The translations under genes and the position numbers were made by a program. Positions 23,182 through 35,465 of a DNA stretch of 64,000 nucleotides are shown piece after piece (position 1 is the stretch's first letter; each line of letters begins with the position of its first letter). Location of the stretch: the NCBI GenBank assembly GCA_046563655.1, contig CM102283.1, positions 8,060,001 through 8,124,000 on the forward strand. The letters are read 5' to 3'. Source of the stretch: Yuukianura sp. NJ FZ-2021. Lineage: Eukaryota. A model generated the notes under the pieces. It saw nothing but the letters and a program-made list of their open reading frames with translations, made no database searches and was not told the DNA's origin.

Positions 23182-26100
23182 TCAGCAGTCTTCGAAACAG
23201 TTTTTGACGTTCCTGCCTCTGAATGGTTTGGGTAAAAACAGTTTATTCTTGACCCTTAGACCAAGGTCAAATATACAACCCTGAAATCCAGTATGGAGGG
23301 GCAGGTCATGCGGGAGCCCTTCAAATCTATGACTTTCGTAACCCCCAACGTACAACTCCTCTTCAACGTTGAGGTTATACATAGGTCCAGGGCTCCTTCC
23401 AGAAACGTTTCTCATTCCATCGACTTTGATCCAGGCATGTCTTCCAGATCGTCCGAAGTAAATCGTATGGATTTGCAGTCTGGAGTCGATTTTACTTGGA
23501 GTGACGATTCTGCGAGACCCTGAGCCTAAATTCCACGTCGCAGCGACTAGTCCCTGAAGAAAGCTTAGTGAAAAGAAGTCTTCTAGAGAAGATGAATCTA
23601 GGTAGGGCTTAGAAGATGATGAAATTGCTTTAGTAGTTAGTGGACTTTCAATTTGTCCAGCAACTTGTCCAGCTGAGTGGACATTGGCAGTGACCCGGGT
23701 AGTTATGGCAGTGGGATTTCCAATGTAGAGGAGTAGAGCTATTTGGGATAAGTTGGCAGTGACGAAATGGAATTTCATTTGGAACCAGTCCGAAAGATGT
23801 GGTAGTCCATAGTAGGAAATGTAGGAAGAGTAGTCTACTGTAGGATGGAACGATGGTTTGGTTATGTTAATTCTGGAGGAACATAGTTGTCCAGTGAAAC
23901 CCAAGGCGCAGAGACATGTCACGTTGACGTCTGATGAACGGTTTAACGGTAGGGTTGGACTACAAGTGGCTCCATTTTGACATGGATTGGACATACACAC
24001 TTTGATTTGACATCGGAGCCCTTCGTATCTGAAATTTTCAAAAAAAAAAGTTGTGTTACCCGCATATCTTTAGAAAGATTTTTTTTTTCAATTTTACCCG
24101 GGTGGGCAAACACATTCCCAAAATGGCGGGTTACTTGACGGGATACACTTGGAATTCCCTGAACACGGATTGGTTACACAGGAAAACGTTTTGCACTCCG
24201 TAATTTCCTGTCCATCAGTAGCATCGTCGTACATTTCCATTTGGTCGTTGTTCACCTAGAAAAGAGTGGGAGAAGGTAAACAATTTAAAAGTTACCGCGG
24301 TTAAAACTTGGGGTAAGATGATAATTATTACCGTAATGTTGGACAAACACCCCCGAAATCCGGACAGAAACGAAATCATGTCGTTTCCAGCGTCATCACT
24401 TGACCTCAACCTAGGCTCCACCCCGCCAACATAAATCGCTTCATATTGCGGGAACGTTTGATTGTCAACCAGCTGTTCACCGCTCATCACAAAAGCCGAG
24501 CCGTTGAGACTCAGGCGAGCTAAGCAGTGAAGTTGACTATTGTTTCCATTTTCGGTCATCCTAAGGTCAAGGTCAACAGTGAAGTTATAGCCATTGTTGA
24601 CCTTGGTTCGGGTTTCAACGAATTCCATTGACTGAGCTCCACAAGAGAAGTGTAGGACGAGGTGCCCGTTTTGAATGAACACAAGAGCATAACTTCTCCC
24701 TGTTCTGGACGAAGTTTCGTTTGAAATTCCGCCAGTTTGAACCGAACTTGTGTACAAAACGACTCCGTCTGGAACGACGGTAGCCATTTTGAGTGAAACG
24801 TCGACGGTATTTTTGGACTTGGCGGGAACTTTGTACTTGAGATAAGAATTTCCGCGGAGAGCGGGAACTACAACTTTTTCTGCTTCGAGTTCACACAGCT
24901 TCCCGCGGAATTTAAACGGGCATAGGCAGATTGGGCCGAGAGAGGACACAATACATTTAGCGTTGTTCTGGCAGTAGTTGTTGCAGGGGTCAGGAGAGGT
25001 TGACGAATCGTTGTAGCTTGTACCTGGAGTTGTTGAGGGTGGCGATGACCTCGGGGTGATGATTCCATCATCTGTAGAAGGTGAGGTCAACATGTCGCTG
25101 CTGGTTGTGGTCCAGCTTGTTTCGTTTGTTGGTAAAGTGCCGTTAAATTCTGGACTTTCGGTTGACATCTCCTGGGTGGTCATACTGGTGCCGCCCTCTG
25201 CAGTTTCTGTTCCAATTGTACCGTTTGTTGCAGTGTCCGTCGATGTTTGGGTCGTTGACCAATCAGGTTCTGTCGAAGTATCTGAAAACGGAGTAGTGCT
25301 AGCTGTACTCTCCGGTGTGCTGATTGGCGAAACTGGGAGTGGCGTTGGCTCTTTAGCTGTAGTCGATGTCGTCATTTCTGACACGCTTGTGGTATTGTCA
25401 GCTGATTCTGTGAAATTCGTTGATGGTTCGGTACTTCCTGGTGTTTCGGCTGTCGGAGTTTCGGTTTCGGTTGTAGATTGTTCCGAAGTTCCGGACTCAG
25501 TAGATGGCGTCATACCTTCTGACGAAGACGGTGTCGTTTCAGTTGTTGCGTTTGTAGCAAAGTCTGTTGGTGACATTTCAGTTGTAACTTCTGGAGTCGT
25601 TTCGTTTACCTCCGGGGTAGTACCAGAAGTTGTTGGAGATGTTTCGGATTCCGTTTCATTCTCAGATGCAGATGTCGGTGTTGGCGAAGGTAAAGTACTT
25701 TCCGATTCCTCAGTACTTGCTGTCGTGCCGGTCGTTTCTCCGGTAGGCTCCGTAGTCTCTGTATAGTTTTCCATTGGTGTTGTGAAATCCGTGTCCCACG
25801 GTCCGGTAACGGTAGCTGACGGTTCTGGTTCGACTGTTGCTGAAGGCGTGAAACTAATTGTTGCATAGTCGGGTGAAGATGACAGGGTACTGCTTATTTC
25901 TACTTCTGAGGAGACCCAGTCATCAGACATTGTGGCTGTTGGGAATACCGTGTCGAACTCCGTTTGGGACGGCGTGACAGTATCGAAGTCTTCGGACGGT
26001 TCTGGAGTAAAGCTCCAATCAGCTGTAGATGGACTTAGTGTAGCCGTGGGCTCAATAGATGGCGATTCGATGACGGACGTTGTCATGGATGGCGACGGTG

Positions 26101-29100
26101 ACATAGCGGTAGGTGATACTTCATCGGAAAGAGTCTCTGTAGGTTCAATAGTGCTAGTTTCAAAATCTAAGCTCGATGACATTGTTGGAGTTGGGGTTAT
26201 GTCGACCTGGTCGGTAGCTGAAGGGCTCTCGGAGACCACTGGAGTAGAAGTGAGCCCTTCAGTCTGGTCGACAGCAGTTGGAGGAGGCGGGGAAGAAAAT
26301 TCGGAATCGGATTCATCTGGGGTGGGGGTTGGTGTTATGGTGATGGTAGGCGTAGGGTATACTTTGGTGATTGTACTTGTCCAGTATGGCGGATATGTTT
26401 GACTTATAGTGTCGTTGACCTCGGGTGATGATGTAGTGCTGGGCAGTTGGCAGTCGGGGTCAGTGGAGTTGACCTCGCATTGGCAAAGGTCACCGTAGAA
26501 ATTCGGTGGGCAACTGCAGTTGAATCCACCAACGCCATCAATACATGTGCCGCCATTGAAGCACCTTTAAAAAAAAGATGAAATGATAAGAGACAATTTG
26601 AAAAAAAAATGTTGAAATTATTTTTGAAAATGTTGAAACAATTTTCTAAAACAGAAGTTCATGTTAGGATCGCATGACACTTACTAATTGAGTTCTCAAC
26701 GATAAACGATTTGTTAGGTTAGTTTTCTCTGTATTTTTTTCTATGTACACGCAATTTTGAACTAAACCGCTAATTTATTGATACCATTTTCAATTTATTT
26801 TTGAAACTCACTTCGGACCGGGTTCACATTCGTTGTATCTCTCCTCACATAACTTCCCGTGGTAATCTAATACAAAAGTATCGAAATACAATAATTTACA
26901 ATCTTTCAACATGCAATTATTTTTTTTTCAAATTGAGTTGGAAATTGATTTCTCGTTTTTGAAATCAAAAGTTCACGTCTTACCTGGAACGCAGTAGCAT
27001 CTCGGTTTTCCATTTTCTTCCAGACAAAATCCGCCATTTTGACAAGGATTTACTGGACAAATTTTCATTTTTTGTTCACACATTTTACCGGTGTAGGAAA
27101 ACGGACAAGCGCACTCGAAGTCATTGATACGGTCAACACAGATTCCACCTGAAAATGAAAATCACTGTTTTAAAACCTGTTTACTCGAAAAAATGAAAAT
27201 TGAGGAAAAAAAAGTGCAAAATGAAAAGTGGTGAAATACAATACACCCCTTGGATTTTTGAAACTTTTTTTATGTAGTAGTCATTTTTAATAGTCATTTT
27301 TAAAAAATGACTATTTATTTACCATTTTGACACGGAGCTGAACTGCACTCGTCAAAATTGGTTTGACAAAATTGGCCAACCCACCCTTCTGCACAAACAC
27401 AATGAAACTTGTCCCCCTGGCCATCTACACAGTGACCCCCATTTTGACACAGAGTGGAGTTACACACGGAAACGTCATCGTCACAAAGCTCTCCTAATGA
27501 CAAAAAAAAGTACCGTGCAATTATTTCAATTTTTATACAAAAGCTTTTACAATGAGGCGACATTTGAATTTTAATTGAGTAAAGTTAAATTGTGGAAATT
27601 TTAGTTAAAAAGTTAACTTTTTAGTTGTTTTTCGTACCCGTGTATCCCTTGGGACATGCGCAGTAGAATCCGCTTCCAGTTTTGCCGGGCTCAATTAACT
27701 TCGGGTCGAAGCTACACGTTGCGTTGTTTGCGCAGGGTTTGAAACTGCGACATTCCGACAGGTCATACTCACAAAACGATCCTGGAAGTTTACAAAAACA
27801 CAAAATTTTGAAGTTCCTAATTTGAAAATTTGAAAATGTCGAGAAATAAAAACAGTTAGCTTAGCTTTACCTTCAAAATACAGTAACAGGATAATACAAA
27901 ATACTGCCGAAATTCTATTGTGCCTAAATTTCATTCTTTTGCCTAGTTAACAGGAACTTGGAACCAGTCGATAAAATTTATCGGCTGTGTTTGAACGATT
28001 GCGTTACATTTCAAAAAACTTGGAATATATTTCTCGAAATTTCAATTTCGATTTCAAAATTTCTAACTTTACTGAGCCGTTCACTCCGAAATTTTTTGAA
28101 AAGTTGGTGGAGGGATGATATGATTTGAACTGACGGCAAGAGAAAGCAGGAAGGGGGACGAAGAAAGCTTTTTGGTTTGAACTGGAAAAATGATTTTTGG
28201 TAAGTCGATATTTCCCCTGCTGGATTCTAGTAACCGTCAGTTCCAATGCCAAAACCATACTAAAAAAAAGCTAACAGTCACCACCTAACCTAACATACAC
28301 CGTTACATATCCAGATTGAAATTTTCTGGTTACAGCGGAAAAAGGAAACCGTGACTGACACACGTCTGTTGTGATACAACGCTAAAACAAAATACACAAA
28401 AGCAAGGAATCAATTGTCATTGTTACAAAAGCTTGTGTCGTAGGTCTACCCTAGTGGAAGTCATTGACTTTGTCTAAACTTTGACATCATTCCAGAAAAT
28501 TTTGGAAATTTCGGACGTCAGACTTGTCAAAAATTTATATCCGACCTGTCTGGAACGGGCTATCGCAAACCTACCATCAACGTCTACTTTTTAGAATTTA
28601 GAATGAGAGTCCATTCACCTTTATGTGTCCAAACGGACAGTACATTTTTTGAAACTGGTCAATTAGCATTGATTGGATGAGAATTGTATTGATCAAACAC
28701 GGGGATTCATGTTCACAAACAGTTTAAAAAGCTGTGTTTGAACACTGACACATTGATGTTAGGCACCAACCAACACTGTCTAATACTGTGAATTGTGGGT
28801 GTGGAAGTCTTAATTAGCTCTGTCAGAATTTAATTCCTTGATTTAAATTGCTCCAATTCCCATGAATTCAAGACCATAAAAGTTAGTTGAAGGGAGAGGA
28901 AGAATCATAGCCATGTTTACCCAATAGGGAAAACAATGGGAATTCAGAATAAAAAAAAACGATTCTTTAGTGTGAACATTTTTTTTAATGTTGGTATTGC
29001 ACAATTGAGTTGTACAAAAAATATAGAATTCAAGGGTGTTTTGGGATTCGACTTGTTTTGGAAAGTTGTTGGAGTACTAACTAAGTTTGAAATCAGTACT

Positions 29101-30059
29101 GTTTTAGACTTGTTACGCTTTACATGTGGTGTGTAAGCGGCTTTTGTGTATAAATTACACAGTTTTATACACATTTTACACATTTGTATTCGTAGTTTCA
29201 CATTTTTTTTGTTACAATCTAGAAAAAAAACAGTGTTTACCAACAAAGTCTTCTGGACAGGAGCAGTTGAAGCTAGCAATTCCATCGAGGCAAGTTCCCT
29301 GTAAAGAAAGCATCACAACGAGAAATTTTGAATTTCTTTTCTGAAAAATCAAATTTTTTAGATTTTTTTTTTTTGAAATATTTTATGGTAATATATTTTA
29401 CCCCATTTCGACAAGGTTGAACAGCACATTCGTCCCAATTAATTTGACAGGAGTAGCCTAAAAATTTCAGAAATCGATTTTGAATTTTTCCAAAATACTT
29501 TTTTTAATCTACTTTTTCAAAGTGCTCATAGATTGCATACCTGTGAATCCGTCAATACAGTAGCACTGATGTTGCGTACTGGAATAATAATAATTTTGAA
29601 TTGAATTCTAATTGATTTAAACCACAAAAGAGAATTAAACTACAAATTGAGTTAGAAATCATCGATAATTCCCTGCGGACTGTTAGCAGATGCTTCCGTT
29701 TTCCAAATTACTTTCCGTGTGTCTTTCACAATTTTTCCCCCAAAATCAATAGAAATCCAATCCACAATAGAATCTACATTTCATTTCAAATTGAAGGGAG
29801 AGGACAGGCGGATGTACTAAAAAGACGTAAGGGGGAGGACAAACTTTTGTGTGTTTTAAATTACTTTCAATTTGGAACAAGAACATGAAATTCTTTTTAA
29901 AAAGTTTTCAATGAACCATGACCCCACTATTACTCACCTGTTGAGCTGATCAATGCAGATTCCATTTAAGCAAGGTCGTCGGAGACAGGCAAATCCACTC
30001 AAAATTAAACCAATTTGAACAAATCCGAGTAAAATTTGAAAAAGGATTTTGAAAATCAT
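23182..30059 (-). CDS. eys: Protein eyes shut/spacemaker homolog (EGF repeats, Ser/Thr mucin-like region, laminin G domains)
   Basis: Signal peptide MIFKILFQILLGFVQIGLILSG, then GFACLRRPCLNGICIDQLNS..CYCIDGFTG..CQINWDEC, which resembles the Eys N-terminus. Seven N-terminal EGF repeats over many small exons, a large Ser/Thr exon (about 26565-24333), then EGF-LamG-EGF-EGF-LamG. Stop at 23182. Confidence 0.85.
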
Positions 30060-30648
30060 AGCACTTGGTAGTAGCAAAGTGCCGGCAGGATGGTGAAGCT
30101 ATTCTCAGTAGGAAGGACATTGTTAGTCCAAATCAAGTTGGAAGAAAACGAAGACACACTTTTCGAAATTTGGCAAAGTTGTATCTCATTTTGAATTTTT
30201 TTCAAAATTTTGGAATAGTTTGTCAAAATTTTGGTTTTTAGTTTGGTGGTTGATTGAAGGGAAATTTGTGGTTGGGAGTTGTTGGTGGCTTAAGAAATGA
30301 AAGTCTTGTGTTCCTTAATTTTGCATTTGGAGAAAGTTTGGAGAAATTTTGCTTGTCCAGGAAGAAAATGTATCTCCAAGGATTCTCCAAAAACACAACA
30401 AACCGAAGTAGGTCATTTTCTCGTGTCTTGACATGCAATGGCTAAAACCGGTGTGGGAACTTTGTTGACCGGTTACACGAAAAAGTAAATTTTTTAGAAC
30501 AATTTTAGAAAAAGTTGTTGAAACAAGGCGGGGATGCGGGTCTAGACATGAAGTGCGGACAATGCTCTTTTGATGATTCTTAAAAATTTCATTTCCGTTG
30601 GTCTAATTTTTTCATTTTTTTTTTTTTGTTGTTTTTAGAAAACTGAAA

Positions 30649-31554
30649 ATGGACATTGATCGACCAATTTTATGCTTGGAACATTGCAAAAACTCTAAAA
30701 TATTTGGATTCACTGTACCGCCTACATGCCCTACTTGCGAAATTGATTTGAAATTGGCGGACTTACGAATTCCACCTTTTCGGTAAAACGAAATGAATTT
30801 TGCAGAGACACTATTAACCCCAATTTCAAAAAGTTTCGTTTTTTTGTATTTTGAAATAAGTTTTACTGTTTTGGTTTTGAAATGTTTTTGGTTTTGTAGA
30901 GTTCCTAGTCCGTTTCGTGATGCTGCCAGATCGCCTTGCGCAATCGTTTTGAAACCAACTGCTGGAGATTTCTTGACGTAAAAATGACGTTCCAAATCAA
31001 AATTCCGAAGAAAGTTTTAAAAAATTCTAAATTTTTGAAAATTTTGGTTTTTAAACTTTAAAGGGAGTACAAAAATGCTGACAATTTACATATTGGCGTG
31101 ACATCGTCTACTGGAAATGTCTATGAATTTGATAGCAATGGACTGCAAGCTGACCAAGGAAGAACATGGACACGGTGTCTCACAATCCGCGATTTGAACA
31201 AGGCGCATGCGCACAGGAGAGCTTCTGGATTCAATTCTTCGTGGGAACAATTCTGGGACTTCACTTTGGATATTATTTCTGGACAAAGTTGTTGGGCAAA
31301 GGACAAGTAACAAATTTATTTAACATTTATTTAAATTAATTATATATTTAATTAAATTGTACTTTAGGTACAACGAGTCCACCCACAACTGCTACACATT
31401 TGTTCTAACTTTCCTTCGGGCACTGCAGATTGACGGTTTGAGTGACCTGGCCAAGGATAAAGCAACTTTTTGTTCTAAATTTATCCTGCCAAAAACAACG
31501 CATGCTGCCAAGTACATAACTTTATACAGAAAATTGACCAATGAACTTAACTAA
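30649..31554 (+). CDS. MKRN2OS: MKRN2 opposite strand protein-like (DUF4796), 4 exons
   Basis: Exons 30649-30782, 30900-30977, 31064-31306 and 31368-31554. Motifs HC..IF.F.VP..CPTC, VPSPF...P.AIVLKPT.GDFL..Y.....LHIGVT.S.G.VYEFD..GL, YNE..HNCYTFVL.FL, and F..KFILPKT..AAKYI.LYRK. Confidence 0.85.
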
Positions 31555-32055
31555 TTCAGTTCAATTTTTAGTAAAAATTGACAACAAATATAATTAAAGA
31601 AATAAACAAAATATTGTTCATCTTCATGAGGGTATGAGTCAAAGTTTAAGTTTATATCACTAAGCACATGATTGGACAACAAAAACTAGTAGCTGTAATC
31701 GATCTAATTGCAAAGCTTTTAAGTCTAGTTGTTGACTTTGAAGTTATTTTTTCAGAATTTAGTGGCTAACCCAATGTGAACCTGGAAAATGTTTAGATTT
31801 TGAAATCTTCCTGGAATCTAAATGCGAAATTTTGGTTTTTGAGATTTATCTATCTCTGACCTTTGAACAGATTACAAACCACTAAAAAATATTTCCAATT
31901 GACATTGACGCTGACGAACGTTGGAGTGTATCATACCTGGATTCCATAGTGTTTGAAGTTTTTAGTTTGCTAAAACTGCGTCTTCTGCTGTAAAAAATTA
32001 TTTACAAAAAATATTTTTCAAGAAACAATTGTCTCAATTCTTAGAATAGAACAAA

Positions 32056-33666
32056 ATGAAGTTAGCTACTGCGCTTTCGTTGCTTTGTGTTTTGTACTTG
32101 CCGGTGGCTGTCCATTCCAGGACAAATCAGAGTAAGTTTTTATTTTTAAAAAAACTCTGAATCTTGCAAAAGATGTTAACATTTTGAATTTGGTGTTTCA
32201 ATTTTTTTTTCTAATTTCTACTTTTTAACTTCACAGGTATCCAACTGGCATCTTTCGAACAAGTGAAAGTTCCAATTGCTGACGGTACGACCGACTTTAC
32301 CGTGGAATTTGACGAGTCCATTTGTCCCAGTGATCGGAAGTGCGAAATCTCCTTGGACATACAACAGATGAACTGCTCAACTGACTCTGTTGACGATGAC
32401 CCGCACTACATAAAGTTCACACCACTTAAAACAGTTGGAAACACGGTGTCACCTCAAGGTCTTTTTGAAACACTGTGTGTACAGTATGGTCCAGAAAAAC
32501 TGAATACCCTGAGACCCTTGAAGTCCTTTGACCTCACTTCAGTACTCGTGCAGCCAGTAGGACATGGCGGGAAATGGGAAAATGGAGTTGCTAATGTGGA
32601 ACTGTATGCAAGAATTACTCAAACCAAGCGTAAGTTTTACAATTTCTCAAATATTTTGAAAATAGTTTAGGTTTTTTGAAATTTTCGACAATTTTTGTGT
32701 TTTATTAGAACCTGCGTACATTCTGGACTCTGCTGTACAAGACATCGAACTAGAAATTGATGATAGCTCGGTCCAATATGAAATCCGGACGGAATTGTGT
32801 GCTGGAGGTGACAATTGCGACTTCCCACACTCCATTTTCACGCAACTGAAGTCCATGCAGTGCTCAGGATCTGAGCATGGGTTGAGAGTCACAACTTTTG
32901 ATTCAAAGAATGTCGAAATTGAGTCTGCGCATGTCTGCAAAAGGACGCTTGTGCCTATGGAAGTACTTGAATTCAGAAAGGATGTCACTCATGCCCTGAT
33001 AACTCCGCTTGGTGACTGGAATACTAACAACGTCAGTGTCATCTTGTCCTCTATTGTCCATGTCGTCAGAGATGCAGGTACAGCGACACCTAACGTACTA
33101 GAATTTGAGATGAGTCAAATGAATAAACAAATTTTTACTACGCATGAGCATATTTTAGGTCGGTCGTGTCCTGACGACCACTTCGACTGTGGAAAATGTA
33201 CTGGCAGTGTTCTGTGGAATGATACTGAAGGAGTGTCATCGTGCATTCCAAACAAGTTCTTGTGTGATACACGCCCACACTGCGGACTGCCGTGCTACGC
33301 AGACGAATTTGACGCAACTTGTGACCGTATCCGCACTTCTTCCGCGGAAGACTCAAACTGCTCTGGAAATGAAAAATATAGTAAGGAAAATAAAGTTTTT
33401 TTTTTGAAATTTTTGAGTTTGCTTTGATGTTTTGTTTTGAATTTATAGGAAACGACCTCAATGACCTGTACGTGTTTATGTTACAAGTTTTCCTGTACTC
33501 CAGTTGCTTCACCGTGATTATGGTCATTTCCATTGCATGTCTCATGTACTTTAAACTGGACGATTTTCTGAAACGCATGCGGAAATCGCTACTACCTGAG
33601 CGATACGTTGCAGTGCCACCGGCATACACCAATAATGTCATCAGTCAACACACCACCAAATCATAA
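32056..33666 (+). CDS. Type I membrane protein with a divergent Cys-containing ectodomain, an LDL-receptor class A-like module and a PPxY tail, 5 exons
   Basis: Exons 32056-32131, 32237-32629, 32709-33077, 33159-33380 and 33449-33666. Signal peptide MKLATALSLLCVLYLPVAVHS; LDLa-like CPDDHFDC...CIPNKFLCDTRPHCG...ADE..C; TM FLYSSCFTVIMVISIACLMYF; cytosolic PPAY. Confidence 0.7.
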
Positions 33667-33829
33667 ATTACTTCTGAACTGGATTCTTTTGCGTTTTTTT
33701 TCAATAAATACTAATATTCTTCAACATATGCATACTATATAAATATATATAACATATTATACTATATATGCACACAAATAATAAGTTTGTGTAGAAGAAA
33801 AGTGTATGTAAATGATGTGATTGAGAGAA

Positions 33830-34637
33830 GCATTACACTGTATACTGCATTACACAGGTACTTTGAATCACTCTACGTATTTTGTTGGAACCAGATAAAA
33901 GTTATCGATCCAGATAAATAGAATATCCAGATAAAAGTTATCAAGTATAAATACATTTACGGAAGAGTACACTTCAACGCTATTTGATTTGTAAATTAAA
34001 ACACACAAACCTGTTGAAATTGAAATTTTAATTTACATTTCATTTCTATTTTTAAAAGGTCAATCTTGATTGTAGTTTTGACTTTCTAGAACATTCTAGG
34101 TTAGGACGCAGTTTGTTTACTTGACCTAAAGAGTTTATGGTTTGTTATGTCTATAAGTTGACTAGGTCATGAGAGATACAAATTCTCCTTAATAGTCCTC
34201 TTTCCACCGAATTCAAGGTTAGGACGGAGACTTTTGGACGATGGAGTCATGGGTGACTCTCAAAAATGTTCTAGAAGGATTTTAGTTCTGGAAAACTAAT
34301 ATATTAAGTCTTGAACATCAAAAACCTCACGACAAGATTCGCTAGAAAAATTTAAACAAAAATTTTCTAACACTTAATCAGTATGAACTGGAAAACATCA
34401 AAACAAGTTTATATTAATTACGTAGTTTCTTACGTACATTATAACGTACATACGAAACTACGTGATTGCATTGCACTGTGTAATGCATTACACAGGTACG
34501 TGAATCACGCTGTGGATTTCGTTGGAACCAGATATAAGTTATGGAGCCAGATCCAGATAAAAGTTATCAAGTATAAATACATTTACGGAAGAGGACACTT
34601 CAACGCTATTTGATTTGTAAATTAAAACGCACAAACC
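33830..34637 (+). repeat. Direct duplication of a ~170-180 bp promoter block (33830-34011 and 34468-34637)
   Basis: Both copies contain gcattacacaggtac...gttggaaccagata...ccagataaaagttatcaagtataaatacatttacggaagag.acacttcaacgctatttgatttgtaaattaaaac.cacaaacc. Confidence 0.9.
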
Positions 34638-34726
34638 ATCTCATCATCAAAATCCTCCAATTTACGATTTTGAAATTTCAATTCTTTGTTTTGACTCGAA
34701 TTTAAAGGTTATAGTTTGAAATTACT

Positions 34727-35465
34727 ATGAGACTTCTGGCTTTCGGAATTTTCATTTACGGCGCCATTGCCGCAAATGTGTTTTCAGGTAACTTTAGCAT
34801 AACTATCAATTGATTTAATTTTAACTAAGATGAGTTAATTAAATTACAGTTAAGTAATGCTTGTTTTCAGCCAATCAGGAACCTGCAACTGTCCACTACT
34901 ACGTATGGTTCAATTCCACGCCAAGTTCAAATGGCGAACAGAAACTTGCAGTTCCGACTACCGTCAACACAAGTTTCTTTGATGTGATGCTCAAAGCACA
35001 AGATATGCATGAGGACTACGAGTAAGAATGGTTCAATGTGAACATTAATTATTTTAATATATTATATAAAATAATACAAAAATATATATTTCATTTTAGT
35101 TTCGAGTACATAACATACCCATTTGGCCACTACATTACGGCGATTAATGGCGTCTTTGAAGACCCGGCTAATCATACCTACTGGATGATTTATGACATGA
35201 ACCAGACGCATCCAGACGTTGGAGCTCCGCCAGGAGACGAATACCTGTCAAACGTTGGTAAGCCAACATAACCTTATCCATAACTTTCCAGGTCAAATTT
35301 TCCAAAGGTCAAAGGTCACCGACATTTGACCTCAAAAATTTGACCATCAATTGGTAATTGATCAATTACTTTCTTTTACTTAAAGGTGTTGACGGAATCT
35401 TCGTCGAGCACAACGACGTTTACCTATTCTGGAGAAGAGTCTACGAGATAAATAACATTTCATAA
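34727..35465 (+). CDS. Secreted stand-alone transcobalamin/intrinsic-factor C-terminal beta-domain protein (DUF4430-like), about 149 aa, 4 exons
   Basis: Exons 34727-34787, 34871-35021, 35100-35257 and 35386-35465. Signal peptide, then NTSFFDVMLKAQ...FEYITYPFGHYITAINGV.ED....YWMIY...VGVDGIFVEHNDVYLFW, matching the cobalamin-binding beta-domain pattern (G.yI.sInG...yW..y...G). Confidence 0.8.
35290..35332. promoter_or_regulatory. Cluster of nuclear-receptor half-sites including a perfect DR1
   Basis: AGGTCA at 35290, AGGTCA-A-AGGTCA at 35306-35318 and TGACCT at 35327, all in intron 3 of the DUF4430-like gene. Confidence 0.5.

Noticed and set aside
25056-26402. Val-rich plus-strand ORFs of 236 aa and 156 aa
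   Set aside because: Antisense of the Thr/Ser-rich eys exon (ACN codons read as Val/Gly on the other strand).
27278-27314. Near-perfect AT-rich palindrome with a short tandem duplication in an eys intron
   Set aside because: Short and AT-rich; consistent with a local replication slip.
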